From Eukaryota sp. TZLM1-RC (lineage: Eukaryota > Protista > Metamonada: BaSk clade), in the NCBI GenBank assembly GCA_040285825.1, contig JAUPSS010000004.1:1964550-2028549 (forward strand): 64,000 bases of DNA, written 5' to 3'. Shown one piece after another: positions 33,421 to 45,200 of this stretch; within the stretch, counting starts at the first letter, position 1; every line of letters starts with the position of its first letter. The notes beneath the pieces are model-generated. The model worked only from the letters and a program-made list of their open reading frames with translations. It made no database searches and was not told the DNA's origin. Made by a program: the position numbers and the translations under genes.

Positions 33421-33949
33421 GGTATCACAATCTCTTGTGTTGTGAAATTTGTGAGTGATGTCACATTATCACAAAAGCACCCTTGTGTGAGTGATAATTA
33501 TGATATTTGTGATTTGTGTGATTTTTCTCTCCTTTGCACATGTCTGCTAATATCTCCGATTCTGATGTTGAAGAATTACCTTCTAGAATAGCCCTTGACA
33601 CCACTTTGCCTGAAGGCTTCATTTGGCGGAAAACTACCTCATCCAATCCAGTTTGGAAGGTGACCAAGGTTCGCAATTTCAACCCGAAAACTCAATTTCT
33701 TCCTTTGTTTTCTTAATGACCCCATTCGTCCCATTCCAATTTTTGATTTTCGAATAATGTTGTTGGAAATTTTCAATATTTTCACCAAGAAGAGCTTCAC
33801 AATTTCTCAGGTAATTGGATTCATCTGGGATTAAATTACTGTAAATTGCTTGTGTGTCCTAGAGAGCAAGCCCAGGTATTTCAGACGTCTGAAGTGGAAA
33901 TAATTTTTTTTCAGACAACCAAGACCTGATAAATGGTAACGTTTTCAAT

Positions 33950-35080
33950 TTTGCCATCGGCAGTGTCATTTGGGAACAGAGCAAACCAGTTGAAGATCCT
34001 GCTACAACCTTGTTTCATAGGAAATATAGGCCCAACATCTCCTTCAGCCGGTTGTTAACAAACTTACAGCAGAACTGGTCCACGGTTTAGAAAGAGCTTT
34101 ATGCTGTTCTTCTGAAACTAACCAAAAGCGGCTTCGAGAACTACCTCAAAGAAAGGCGACTGACCATATTCACAGATCAAAACCTGACTTACATCTTCAC
34201 CACACCCAACAAGAACAGAATAACCAAAAGGTTGTTACCCAGCCTCTCTAAGTTCCTATCCGACATTGTTCACAACAAAGGTGAAGAGAACCATATGGTC
34301 GATATGTCATCTAGAATAAAACCGCCCCAAGACACACGCTCAGTCAATCATCTCACTCATTCAAAAAGATGGAGTTTCATCTCATTTACACTACCAAGAA
34401 AATTGACAAAACGGTGCTTAAAAGATGCGTTGTGGAAGACCTCGACACTTTTAAAATGGTTTTAATACTTCACAAAGATGCTCCAACAACCTCCCGCTAT
34501 TTGATCAATAAATGCTTTTTGCTCTGCAAGATTAGGTCCGAACAAATCTCGCTGCCGCTTTAAAAAACACCTCGTTCAACAAATGTACTCTGGTTAATTG
34601 TTTAGATCTATTAATGACTCCAGAACACAAGATAGTGATTCTTCAATCACTGGTCAAGGATACACTGAATCTCCTGCATAGGCTCCCGCAAGACGTTCAC
34701 GCCATCAAAGCTGAGGGTTTTTCAAACTCAAGAATAGTGACTACTTTGGCTTGCGCGTTGTTTGGGATTCAGTTTTTAGTCCATAGCGATAACGGTCCTG
34801 AGTTTTCCAAAGCCGTCCACGACGCTCTATACGAGTTTCTGGGTGTGGAGGTTTCTAATTCCGTTTCTCACTTCTCTCAGTCTCGGTTTAATCAAACGCC
34901 GTCACCACCACATTTTGAAAAACTTGGGGAAGCTGCTCGTATACTTCAGCGCCTACACCGCATACATCTGAGTATATCCTTGTGTAGAAATGATGATCAA
35001 CTCATCCAAGAGTTCGATCAATGGACACTCACAATATGAGCTCATGTTTGGTTCGGGTACTAGCCCTAGGTCAGACCTCT
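33950..35080 (+). mobile_element. Degenerate Ty3/Gypsy pol relic (RNase H + integrase)
   Basis: QQNWSTV*KELYAV, TIFTD, KGEEN..VD.SSR, HSDNGPEF and G.S.YELMFG. Confidence 0.8.
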
Positions 35081-35259
35081 ATGGTCGAAAAGAAAAAGGG
35101 CAGTCTAAGCCTTGGGTAGACTTATTTCATAGTTTATCAAAGTTTATTATGGAAATGCGCTCTAGCGCTAAAGACAAAGGAAACCTGTTTGCATTCGTAA
35201 TAACTGTCTTTACACTCACTATAGTATATCTAACCGTAGCAGATCATCACTGTTCCTAT

Positions 35260-35382
35260 ATTGAACTTTTTTCCAAAGCAAACGAATTTCGCGATTTAGT
35301 CTATGTAGCCATCGACGGTGTTGCTCCATGTGCCAAGAAGAAGACATATGCAAATAGCAGAAGTGTGAAACAGCTAACTTGA
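35260..35382 (+). pseudogene. Fragment of an XRN-family 5'-3' exoribonuclease
   Basis: LVYVAIDGVAPCAK resembles the XRN motif LY.AIDGVAPRAK; isolated, with no full ORF. Confidence 0.55.
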
Positions 35383-35937
35383 TGAAAAAAAGATTCAAAC
35401 AAAACTATACATAGTTTCCCAACATGGCTGTGTCACTTATGATGATGTATTGAGGGCTGGTTGTTGAATTAGACTTTTTGTTATACCATCACCCTCATAA
35501 ATTGTCAATCTTCTAGTCTACATCTTGTTTCCATAATTGCCTAATTGATTGTCTCCACAGAATCGGGTTTGATCAGACTATGACTATTAGGGAGAAGGAT
35601 GCTGAGAATGGCCGATTGCGGGATGTTGATATCAACAAAACACAACTGTGACAAAACAATATTTAATCTATAACCTATTCAGTTGAGGTTTTAGCGAATT
35701 TTATTTGCTTCTTTGGAACTGTCAAGTATATTTGAAAAAATAGTACATTAAAAAAACAAATTTTAATATTTAAAAAAATTTATTCAGTAGGCTATCCAAA
35801 ATGTTGGAAAACTCGTTCTTTACGTGATGAATGAGGGTAATAAACACTGTTAACAAAACATTGAACAAGCGCAGATGGTTAATCCATTGAATCGTAATAA
35901 ACAATAGAATTAAATGAAAAGAGTACCAAAAACACAA

Positions 35938-36600
35938 TCACACTTCTTTAACATTAATTGACAACAAAGAAATACTTCCGTCGTTTTGACTGTCAATTTC
36001 GTCCACAGAAAGCCCAAAATGTTCTATATGAGACCAAAAACATTCATTAGTATCATTAGCCCGCCATTTCAGAGCAAAAATCACTTTACAGTTAGTGTTT
36101 TTAATCAATAAATGAACTGTAGAAAGCAAATCGGGCACAGACTCTGGACTATAAACAACATCTGCAGCGATGAGGTAATCCAAAGATCCCTCAACCAAAC
36201 TTGAGGCAGTTGCATTGTCTCCCCAAATAAGAGGACATACACGTACTCTTTCTGCTTGATTTAACTGAACATTATGCATTGTCCACTTAGTTATGTATGG
36301 AATATCAGTAGCGATGACCTCCGCTGCTCCCATGAGTGAAACAGAAATAGATAGAATACCTACACCAGACCCAAGTTCTAAGACTTTCTTATCAGTGAAA
36401 TAATCCTTTGGAAGTTTATTTAGATAATCCAAGAACAAATTGGAGGCTGGCCATATACTACTGCCAATCGAGCCAGAAACAGTGGTCTGCTGTATGATGA
36501 TGTCATTGTTATGTAGTTTGAAGGAACATTCAACAGAGTCTTCAAGTTCTTCAGCAAATTGATGTTCGGGGTCAATTAGATTATCGAAGAAGAGTTCCAT
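35938..36600 (-). CDS. METTL21-family (Methyltransf_16) protein-lysine methyltransferase; likely start MELFF at 36600
   Basis: IG..IWPAS, VLELGSGVG, ATD, L.WG and D.LIAADVVY. Confidence 0.88.
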   Translation of the reverse strand: MELFFDNLIDPEHQFAEELEDSVECSFKLHNNDIIIQQTTVSGSIGSSIWPASNLFLDYLNKLPKDYFTDKKVLELGSGVGILSISVSLMGAAEVIATDIPYITKWTMHNVQLNQAERVRVCPLIWGDNATASSLVEGSLDYLIAADVVYSPESVPDLLSTVHLLIKNTNCKVIFALKWRANDTNECFWSHIEHFGLSVDEIDSQNDGSISLLSINVKEV

Positions 36601-37190
36601 GGGTGGGGTAAGAGATTCTTTGCTGTGAGGGCAAATCCAAATGCATTTACCAAACCTCAATTGAAATCCATTCTTCATTACAACTCCAGACACAATTGAG
36701 CTGCCACATCGTTTAAGATGGACTGTTATTTTCTTCTACAGATGTCTTCTTGACTACTTTCTTTTTAGTTCCTTCCTGTCGTCTTTTAGCACCCGTTGAG
36801 AATGTGCTTGTTTCAGGAACTTGCGATGAACACTTTCTTCTGTTGTGGCCTTCTCCGCGACATAAACCACATCTTCTCGGTTTTTTGTCCTTCTCAGCAG
36901 TCTCCTTTTTCTGATCTCTCTGTGAAGTAGATGATCCATTTTCGAAATCTTTTGTTTGAGTTTTTGGTCTCTCGAAAATGGATGGTCTACCTTCACCGTT
37001 GATTGCAGATGTGATAATGGAATATATATTTATGGCAGAGTTGAAGTCTCTATTCCAATACGTGCTGCAATAAACTCCAGTAGTAAATCCAGATAAACTC
37101 CATGCAACAACCATATAATTCAACCATATATTAAACTCCTTTATAGATGATCTTGTCAAAAACTTGTTGGATTTAATTGTTGTTAGGAAT
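36601..37190 (-). mobile_element. CRE-type element 5' fragment (CCHC knuckle)
   Basis: RRCGLCRGEGHNRRKC resembles RCSKCRQQGHNARTC of the 29092-29964 ORF; followed by a decayed Cys cluster ending ..PP. Confidence 0.65.
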
Positions 37191-37307
37191 CAATGAAAAC
37201 TGAGCACCAAAAGCAATAATATACAGTAGTTTTAATAAACAATAGTGATGAAGAAGCACATCAAACAACATTTACATTGAAAAGAGCAAATACAAAAACA
37301 ACAATTA

Positions 37308-37925
37308 TTACTCATCTAATATAGTTGATAACTTTGACAAAAGGTCGTCAGCAAATTTCTTCTTCTCCTCAAAACTCAATTCATTTGCTTTACCCTTAAA
37401 CGAGGATACATCATTCATTAGCGTAGAAAAGACATCATCTTCAAAACTTTCCTTTTCCTGGGACAAGGAGTCCGTCTCCCATTGAATAACTTCAAGTGAT
37501 TCAGTAAAGGAAGATTGGTCCTGGTCAGAGAACTCAAGATCTGGGTGACTGGTTGAAGTTATAATTTCAACAAAGTATTCCTGCAAAAGAGATTTAAAGT
37601 TATCTGGAAGTGTTGTGGATGATGTATTAACAAGAAAAACAGCTTCAGGACGAGACTTCGCGAGAGAATGTAACCAATTACTGGCAAATTGTATTTGATT
37701 AGGAGTGTTTAAAACAATAACTAAGACATAAGGCGAGATTTGACATATGCTATGAATGTCAGAGTGTTGAAAATGAAGAAGTGCCGTATAATACTTGGTG
37801 GAAAGCGTATAAGGATTAGAAAGTGAAGCACCATCATCCCAATCACTGTTAGGAAGTAATGAACAGATACATTGACGTGAAGTTTGAGGAGAGTCCGAGA
37901 CAATGAGACACGTATTAGAATGCAT
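37308..37925 (-). CDS. AAGAB: Alpha/gamma-adaptin-binding protein p34 (AAGAB/Irc6-like)
   Basis: LSTKYYTA motif, LEVIQW, and C-terminal F..LM.....K..A..L..EE.KKFA. Confidence 0.8.
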   Translation of the reverse strand: MHSNTCLIVSDSPQTSRQCICSLLPNSDWDDGASLSNPYTLSTKYYTALLHFQHSDIHSICQISPYVLVIVLNTPNQIQFASNWLHSLAKSRPEAVFLVNTSSTTLPDNFKSLLQEYFVEIITSTSHPDLEFSDQDQSSFTESLEVIQWETDSLSQEKESFEDDVFSTLMNDVSSFKGKANELSFEEKKKFADDLLSKLSTILDE

Positions 37926-38290
37926 GAGCTGAAGAACAATCTGTGGTAACTCAAAAAATGCATGTTTTTATCCATGCTAATAAATCTTAATACTAATAAT
38001 CTAAACATTCCTTCCCACACTCAATGCTCGTTACAGTACCACTGGTCTACAATTATCATGAATATGTGAGTACGTAATCCTGTACATGTGTAGAGCACTG
38101 TTAACATCCTTATCTCAATAGACGCCACATTCACTGTTTTGACAGTGTAGCAGTCCATGGCATGGGACTAGTTTGACATCATCCTTTTTTGATTCCAATT
38201 TTGTTGAAGTTCATGAATTTTGTTTCCAAGATTTTCCTTACATTGTACGCTTGGACCACTTGCTTTATCTTTTTTGGATCATTTTGTTGA
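37926..38290 (-). pseudogene. Fanzor1 family C relic (Zn finger, RuvC-III, right end) abutting the AAGAB ATG
   Basis: LVPCHGLLHCQNSECGVY(W>*)DKDVNSALHMYRITYSHIHDNCRPVVL*RALSVGRNV* (last stop 38001-38003). Followed by 75 nt containing hairpin GCATG-8nt-CATGC and ending TTGTTCTTCAGCTC|ATG. Confidence 0.82.
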
Positions 38291-38634
38291 AATTGTAAAA
38301 CAACGTACATTAAGAATTTTAATTGCTGCAGATTCAAAGATTTTTTGAAATATCTGATAATTTATAAGATATTTCTTGTAGTGACACCTTGGATTGCGTT
38401 CTCTGAATGTAAAATTGGGAAGAGATTTAATGATTTCCTCTTCACCGTTGATTCTTTTTATAACTGCAGTTTTGAAAGAGTTTTCACTGCCCTCAATCCT
38501 AAAAATGATCGAATTTAGCTAGTTTGTTTCCGTTTCTCTGAATTTCTCTGTTTAATCAACTCTGACAAAAAGTATGCATTTCAAGTAAAAACCACAAGTG
38601 AATTTCTTGAAACTTTCTTTAATTGTTTTGTGTG

Positions 38635-38705
38635 AACTTCTTTACTTTGTTTCCCATCGATGTTTCATAAGTATGATAAAATATTCTTTGATACATCATC
38701 AAGCA
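38635..38705 (+). repeat. 71-bp inverted copy of the start region of the RRM gene (26507-26577)
   Basis: 67/71 identical by eye; 25 nt of leader plus the first ~15 codons. Confidence 0.85.
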
Positions 38706-38895
38706 CAATGAATTTCCTTTCTCTTATTAATTTTCAGATGATTTATAGAAATTTTTTATTAGCAAAAATAAAACAATGAAAAGGATTTTATTAATGTCAA
38801 AAATGTGGTTCAAAAAATTCAAGGAGAAACACAAAACTGCGAAAAAGTAAAGGAGTGTAAGGTAAAAACCAAAAAGAAATCAATAAACACCTAAA

Positions 38896-40692
38896 CTATT
38901 CTGCACCAGCAAAAAAACCACATCCTATAGTTTCATTACCATCCCTTATAACAAATCTATTTATCCTGTGCTTTGGTTCCGGGGAGAAAGTGAGTTCACG
39001 TTTAGATTTGATAACCACCAATGCTCTACTCCAATTAGGCAAAACCTTTGGCTTCTTGGCCAAATCATTCTTTGTTTCTATTGTTAAAAGTTTAGTAATT
39101 GAAACTTCTTCTGTTTGATTGTTCCGTAGTAATAAACAATGTCTTCCTTTAGTAATCGGTAGTAAAGGGTCAAAAACGATTAATTTGCAGTTGAATTTTG
39201 ACCTAGCGATGACGTGATTCGGATCATTGGTCAAAATTTTAAAATATTCAGGTTTAATTTCCTCTGATCCTCCCAATAGCAGTTCCACATCATCCCCTTC
39301 TATTACTGATTCTTTACTCAAAAGAGTACCCCTGCCAGCAATAGAATTGACAACACAAGGTACTCTGCCTGGAAATCCGAATAATGAATTTCTTTTTCCA
39401 ACAAAACCAGATTCAACTTTACCACAAATAGCTTCAGTACCAAAAACATCAGATAAGGTTGATCCAAGGATAGAGATCAGTAATGGATCAGTTGAAATTT
39501 TGGAAAGATTGACAGGTTCTACGGCAGATGATTCAAATGCTTCCACTAGAGTTGGACCTTCATACCAATCAGTTTTGATTGAAGATGATGTGATATTTTG
39601 ACCCTCAATGGCTGAAACTGGAATGAACACCACATCATCAGGTTTAAAACCGATTCCTTTTAATTTAATAGTAATTACTTCCTTAATATTAACAAATCTT
39701 TCTTGAGAATATTCACAGCTATCCATCTTATTTACAACAACTATCAAATTAGAAATTCCAAAACTTTTAGCAATTAGAACGTGTTCTTTGGCTTGACCTT
39801 TATCAAAAATTTCATCAAAATTTCCCTCTGAGCTATCAACCACCAAAACCCCCAAATCAGCTTCTGAAAGACTCTGGACAGCACGAGACACAAACTCCCG
39901 GTGTCCAGGAGTATCTAGGATGGTGACGTCAACATTTTGAGTTTTGAGCCTTCTTAATGACACGTCCATCGTCAACCCACGTGATCTTTCCTCTGAGTGC
40001 TCATCCAACACCCAAGCATAACTGAAACTTGCCTTTTTCAGCAAGGCAGCTTCATCCCGGAACTTCTTGATCGTCCTTTCACTCACAGTTCCCATAAGCA
40101 CAAGTAAATGTCCAATTAAGGTAGACTTGCCACTATCAACGTGTCCAATGATAGCACAGGAAAGACGTTTTCTGGAAGCATAGGGGGGAGATATTAGTGA
40201 AGGTCGGGAAGGTGGCAAAGACTCAGAAACAACAGGACTTGGTTCAATATTGGCCTTCACTGTGGTAGACTCTTGCTTTTTTTGTGGTATTTGAGATTCT
40301 ATTTTGAAAGCTATACGCTGACCAGGGTGAGTTATGGCATGTGTAGCTTTTTTTAGAGCACTGTTGTTTCTTTCCTCCACACTGAGACTGGTCATTAGAT
40401 CAGCTATAGGAGAACTTGATTTTTTTTGAGAGGAAGGTTGAACTGGTTGAATAGTTGGTATATGAAAGCACTCTTGAGTTTGCGATGAAGGTGTGTTATC
40501 GGTGTGAAATGAATCACTGTATAAGAGATCAAGAGCTACATCTACATCTCCCTCAGCTTGTGTACATGCATCATAAATTGTTTCATGTGTGAATTCATCA
40601 CCAACGATCTCAACAACTTCTTCAAAACATTCAGAAAGAACATCTGCTTCTTCGGCGGAATAGGAAGAACCAATGTCATAATCATCGTACAT
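38896..40692 (-). CDS. HBS1: HBS1-like translational GTPase (likely start MYDDY)
   Basis: Acidic HBS1-N domain; GHVDSGKST, SF.YAWVLD...EER.RG.T, DTPGH, NKMD and SA..G.N. Confidence 0.9.
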   Translation of the reverse strand: MYDDYDIGSSYSAEEADVLSECFEEVVEIVGDEFTHETIYDACTQAEGDVDVALDLLYSDSFHTDNTPSSQTQECFHIPTIQPVQPSSQKKSSSPIADLMTSLSVEERNNSALKKATHAITHPGQRIAFKIESQIPQKKQESTTVKANIEPSPVVSESLPPSRPSLISPPYASRKRLSCAIIGHVDSGKSTLIGHLLVLMGTVSERTIKKFRDEAALLKKASFSYAWVLDEHSEERSRGLTMDVSLRRLKTQNVDVTILDTPGHREFVSRAVQSLSEADLGVLVVDSSEGNFDEIFDKGQAKEHVLIAKSFGISNLIVVVNKMDSCEYSQERFVNIKEVITIKLKGIGFKPDDVVFIPVSAIEGQNITSSSIKTDWYEGPTLVEAFESSAVEPVNLSKISTDPLLISILGSTLSDVFGTEAICGKVESGFVGKRNSLFGFPGRVPCVVNSIAGRGTLLSKESVIEGDDVELLLGGSEEIKPEYFKILTNDPNHVIARSKFNCKLIVFDPLLPITKGRHCLLLRNNQTEEVSITKLLTIETKNDLAKKPKVLPNWSRALVVIKSKRELTFSPEPKHRINRFVIRDGNETIGCGFFAGAE

Positions 40693-40751
40693 GACAAAAT
40701 GCTGAACACAAAAAAGGGCTAAAAAACTGCATCTATCATTACTATCAACAT

Positions 40752-42449
40752 ATGACTTTTCAACGTCGCTCTCACACACGAGGGAAGAACCATGGCAAGC
40801 TCTTCCTTAGTCTCATTCTCCTCACTCTTCTCTCCTTTCTTATCGTATTCACTCATACACTAGCCACGATGACATCCAAACTCGTTCAACATTCTCCAGA
40901 TAACTTTGATTCACCACCACTTCCTTCCCTCAATGTGTCCCTCAGTACCACACTCAAAGACCCTTTTCACCCTTTCAACAATTTCAAATACTTTCACAAG
41001 CACATTAAACCTATCTGGTACATGCTCTCTAACCATTCTTCACCTGATTCTGTTCTTTCTTATCAAAGATGGGGTGTGTCTATAAATGTTATACCATTTA
41101 CTTATGAGTTGAAAGTATTACCATATACATTAGCCATTGTCGTTTCAGACCAAATTACTCTGGTCCGTCCTAATTTTCACTTACTTATCCAATCAACAAT
41201 CAATCAAATCACGTCATCAGGCCAAACTGCACACACTTTCTTTCACTCATTCACTCCAAATGCATGGCTTCTCCTGGTCCCTACACTCTCTTCTCCTCAT
41301 TCCCTTTCCTTTCCATCTGTCATCAGCTCCTCCTCTCATCATCCCTTCACCCAATGTTCTTGGTTAACATGGAGAGAGGATGATGGAGCAAGGTTTGGTT
41401 ATGGAGGTCCTTTTTCAATAGTAAAGTTCAGCGGTTCGTTCCTTTATCAATCACAAATTGATAATGATAATAGTTTCCCACCACTCAAAGTCTTGGCAGA
41501 CAGTCAAATTACCCAATCATCACATCATCAGTTTCCGATCGATAAGACTGCATATGTTTTCTCCTGGATTGGACCATTCTCTCTGTCCAATACCCTTTCA
41601 ACCACCTTAAGTTCAATGGTAGCATCGGTGAACAAAGTAAGATTGTATTCAAGAAGAAGAATTGTTATTCTGGTAGAAGATTGTGCATTTAATGATTTTG
41701 TTGAGTTATTTGATTTATTTCCATTGGGTGTGGAAATTGTAAAATTTAAGCATTCTATTGATATGGCTGATTTACCTATTTTTCAAAACAAAGTTCATTA
41801 CAGAGCCTCTTTTTATTTAAAGTGTTTTTATATTGTTAACATCAATGATTACGTTTCTCCACCAATAGAAAGGGTGATTACGCTTGACTGGGATGTTTTT
41901 CTTTTGACTTCAATTGACCATATTTTTGACCTACCTTTGGAGAAATTCTCACTGGTAGCAACTGGAGAATCTTCAGCAACTTATGTTACGATCAACGGTG
42001 GTCTTTTATCATTTTCTCCTGGAGATACCAATTTTTTAAATTTTTGGAAGGAAATTATTTCAAATTTTCAACACACCCCTTGGAATTATTATTATCCACA
42101 TAATCAAGTCCTTTCTGGGTCTGAGCAATCTATTTTCCTCTATTACTATCGAAGTATTAATTCTTTTTATTATCTTCCAAACACATATAACATGTTATCA
42201 AAAGGTTTCTATCACAGCACGGTTTTAAATGAGGAAGATGCTAAAGTAATTCATTTTGCTGGTGATAAACCATGGTTGAATTCTAAAAAGGGACACAAGA
42301 GAGTAATTGTTAATAAGTACTTACCGGAGTTGAAAGAATTCACTGTTGAAATTATTAGGAAAAGATGGTTCAGTACGGCATCAAAAATTTCAGGAATTTT
42401 AACATTTTTAGCTTTTGTTTCCTTCCTCACCAAGTTATTTAAAAGTTGA
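40752..42449 (+). CDS. Membrane-anchored glycosyltransferase family 8 protein
   Basis: N-terminal TM; LDWD (DxD) ..IDHIFD, INGGL, EQ, YN and IHFAG.KPW; C-terminal TM. Confidence 0.85.
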   Translation: MTFQRRSHTRGKNHGKLFLSLILLTLLSFLIVFTHTLATMTSKLVQHSPDNFDSPPLPSLNVSLSTTLKDPFHPFNNFKYFHKHIKPIWYMLSNHSSPDSVLSYQRWGVSINVIPFTYELKVLPYTLAIVVSDQITLVRPNFHLLIQSTINQITSSGQTAHTFFHSFTPNAWLLLVPTLSSPHSLSFPSVISSSSHHPFTQCSWLTWREDDGARFGYGGPFSIVKFSGSFLYQSQIDNDNSFPPLKVLADSQITQSSHHQFPIDKTAYVFSWIGPFSLSNTLSTTLSSMVASVNKVRLYSRRRIVILVEDCAFNDFVELFDLFPLGVEIVKFKHSIDMADLPIFQNKVHYRASFYLKCFYIVNINDYVSPPIERVITLDWDVFLLTSIDHIFDLPLEKFSLVATGESSATYVTINGGLLSFSPGDTNFLNFWKEIISNFQHTPWNYYYPHNQVLSGSEQSIFLYYYRSINSFYYLPNTYNMLSKGFYHSTVLNEEDAKVIHFAGDKPWLNSKKGHKRVIVNKYLPELKEFTVEIIRKRWFSTASKISGILTFLAFVSFLTKLFKS

Positions 42450-42689
42450 TGAAGTGTCAGAACCAAAGGATCGACAAGTATTGGGTATTGAAAACTCATT
42501 GCCGCTCAGACGAGATAAAACCTACTCAATTACTTGATTAATCAAATCAATGTTGAATTTATTAATATTGATATTTTATAATTTGTTGATGGTTGTTTAT
42601 TATCGTAATTGATGCTTTTCTATTTTTTCCCTAATTTGATCAAAAAATGTTTTGTCGTTTTATTGTAAGTTATGTGAATATTTTTCAAA

Positions 42690-44800
42690 TAGTAATTATA
42701 TATTAAACAACTTATAAATCAACATCCACGTAGTCCATCTCTCCCAAAACAAAACAACTCGATGCAACTCTCTCTTAGTGAGATCCAAGAGAAAGCAAAG
42801 CATCAGAATCCATCTTCAACATCCCCTTAAAAATAGAAAACACAATTCTATTTTGCCAAAACAATCTGTTGAAATTTCTGTTGGTTCTTCTCAATCATTT
42901 CAAAATCTGCTAAAAAATGAAAAGTCGTTGGTGCAAGTGAACCAAATAGAGACAATACAAATGGATACAAATTGTCTTTTGCGTGCTGCTGACTGGACAA
43001 TTTGGACAGAGGTTCATTGTATTTTTTGATTTTGAGATTTTCAGCACTTGAAAGAGGATTCTGAATTTCAGAATTAGCAAGTCTTTCATTTGAGACATTA
43101 CAAGGATCAACAGACATTAAATCCACTAAAATGAAGGTTCCATCTAATCTAGGTAATATGACGTCACCTCTTTTATTCTTATGAAATTCATCCGCAACAT
43201 CAAACAGAATTGACTACAGTGGTTCCAAAAAGTATGTCGTGAACTTGCTTCTAAAGGTAAAAATATGATTACAATTTGAGAAATAGACAGTTGATATTTT
43301 TCGAGAACATTTACAAATTAAATTATGAGGCAAATTTTTCGGCCAGATAACGGAACAAAGTCTCGTATGCAAAGTCCAGGCAGAAGCAGTTGTGGAAAGT
43401 GCCATAAATTTTGAAGAATGGTTGTTACTAAAGCGGAAGATGTACTATTCCAAATATACTACACAAGTTTTTTAAAAGCCGGATTCTTTTCTAAGCCATG
43501 CCAATTTGAACATCAAAATCCAAGCTTCTAAAATACTTTGACAATTTTTGCTGGAGTTTTTGACACCAAAACTGGAAATTAAAAGGAGACTGGTCCGGAA
43601 TTTCTTGAATTGATTGGGGAAAACATTTGGTACAAATTTGGAGTGGCAATCTTTCAGAAGATGAGTCATTCGAATATGGACTGGTTTTTGGAACTATCAA
43701 ATGAGAATATGCTGGAAATCTACGAAAAAATTCACAAATAATTGTTGCCTCCACCTAAAAACCTGATTGTCACAAAATAGAGGATTTTGTAAATCCATCA
43801 CCTCCAAACTCTAAAATAATTTCAATATTTAAAGGTGTTGTCCCCTTATTCTTCTGCTTTATTATCTCTTGGTAGCTATTATGAAGGAAACACTTCCAGT
43901 CAATTCTTTTTGGCTGATTTGGGATATGAAGATTTAAAAATTTAAGTTTGTTGCTTAGTTTCTCGTTGAGTTAACCTAAAATGTACAAAAAAACCGTGAA
44001 AATCTGCTGCAGAAAATAAATGATTTTTCAACATTCTTGAATCTACATGCAAAAAAATAGCAAAGAATTCTGTCCTCAATGATAAGGGATCGACAAAAAT
44101 CAAGTGTTATGGAAGAGTCTCAAATTGTGGGTTATTCTTCCTGAATGACAAATTTTAAGTATGAAAAATTAATATGTTTATCTAACACCAAAGAAGAAAC
44201 TGAATCAAGTTCTATTTTCATTGTTTCGAAAATCTATTGTAATTCATCCAGAATTTGAGGCACATTTCCTAACGAACATCCAACAAATTTGAAAGCATCA
44301 CTACTGATATTAATAAAAAGGACAACAGATTCATTGATCACAAGGTTTTGAGCAGAAGAACCAGTCAGAAGGCATTTGCTCGCATTAAGATAAAGCCCAA
44401 TATTTTCATATGAAACAGCAATTCCTCGGGCAACCAATTGTAGTAAATCAAATGAACCAATCAGAGAAGTATCAACCATATATGCAACTATTTTAACAGA
44501 AGGGAATTTTTGCTTTGTGATATCTAGTGTTTTGTGAATAGCTAAACGAAAACAGTGGGCCTGAATGATCAATGTGTTTCACACCAGAAGATGATTTTAA
44601 AGCAAATGAATTCAAAATAAAATCTGATTCTTTACCATAAAAGTGGTAGCAAAAACTGAAAAGCTCAAGAAAATCAGTTTTAATTACATCAAAAATTGCT
44701 TTGCGCTTCACCGAATTCACAGCATTTTTGAAATCAAGAGTAAAAATTTACTTACTATTTTCTGATTGGAAAATAGTGGCAGAAACAGGAACAGCAACAG
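42690..44800 (-). mobile_element. Decayed copy of the 17.6-20.6 kb CRE family, with an internal inverted CRE 3' fragment (~43810-43960)
   Basis: Colinear nucleotide similarity to 17750-19740 (YMVD replacing YMDD; DLMSVDPCN); many frameshifts. Confidence 0.88.
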
Positions 44801-45200
44801 CACCATCAATTTTTTGCGAATAATGTTGCATTAAATAAATAGTCTTTTGTGTACAACTTTGTCTTCAATTCAGCCTGTGAAATTTTCTTTGTGTTTCGGT
44901 AAATGCTCATTAAGCAAATCGTTCTTTAACAATGTCTCCCTGGGCGCTAATTCCTCTCAAATGGCACTGCTTTTATTCTGAGCTTTAATTAATACAATAT
45001 CTTCAACCGTATTCCAAAATCCACAATTAATGAGATTTTAGCCAAAGTTGTCGTAGGAGAGTTTTACTTCATTACTTGAATTCAATAGTGGAGCCCCCGG
45101 ATTATATAGAAGTTCGCTCTCACCAATTATTTCATTGGCCCATTGAAACAATTCAAATGAATTCAAATTCAGAACTTCTTCCCTGCACTGATGAATCAAA

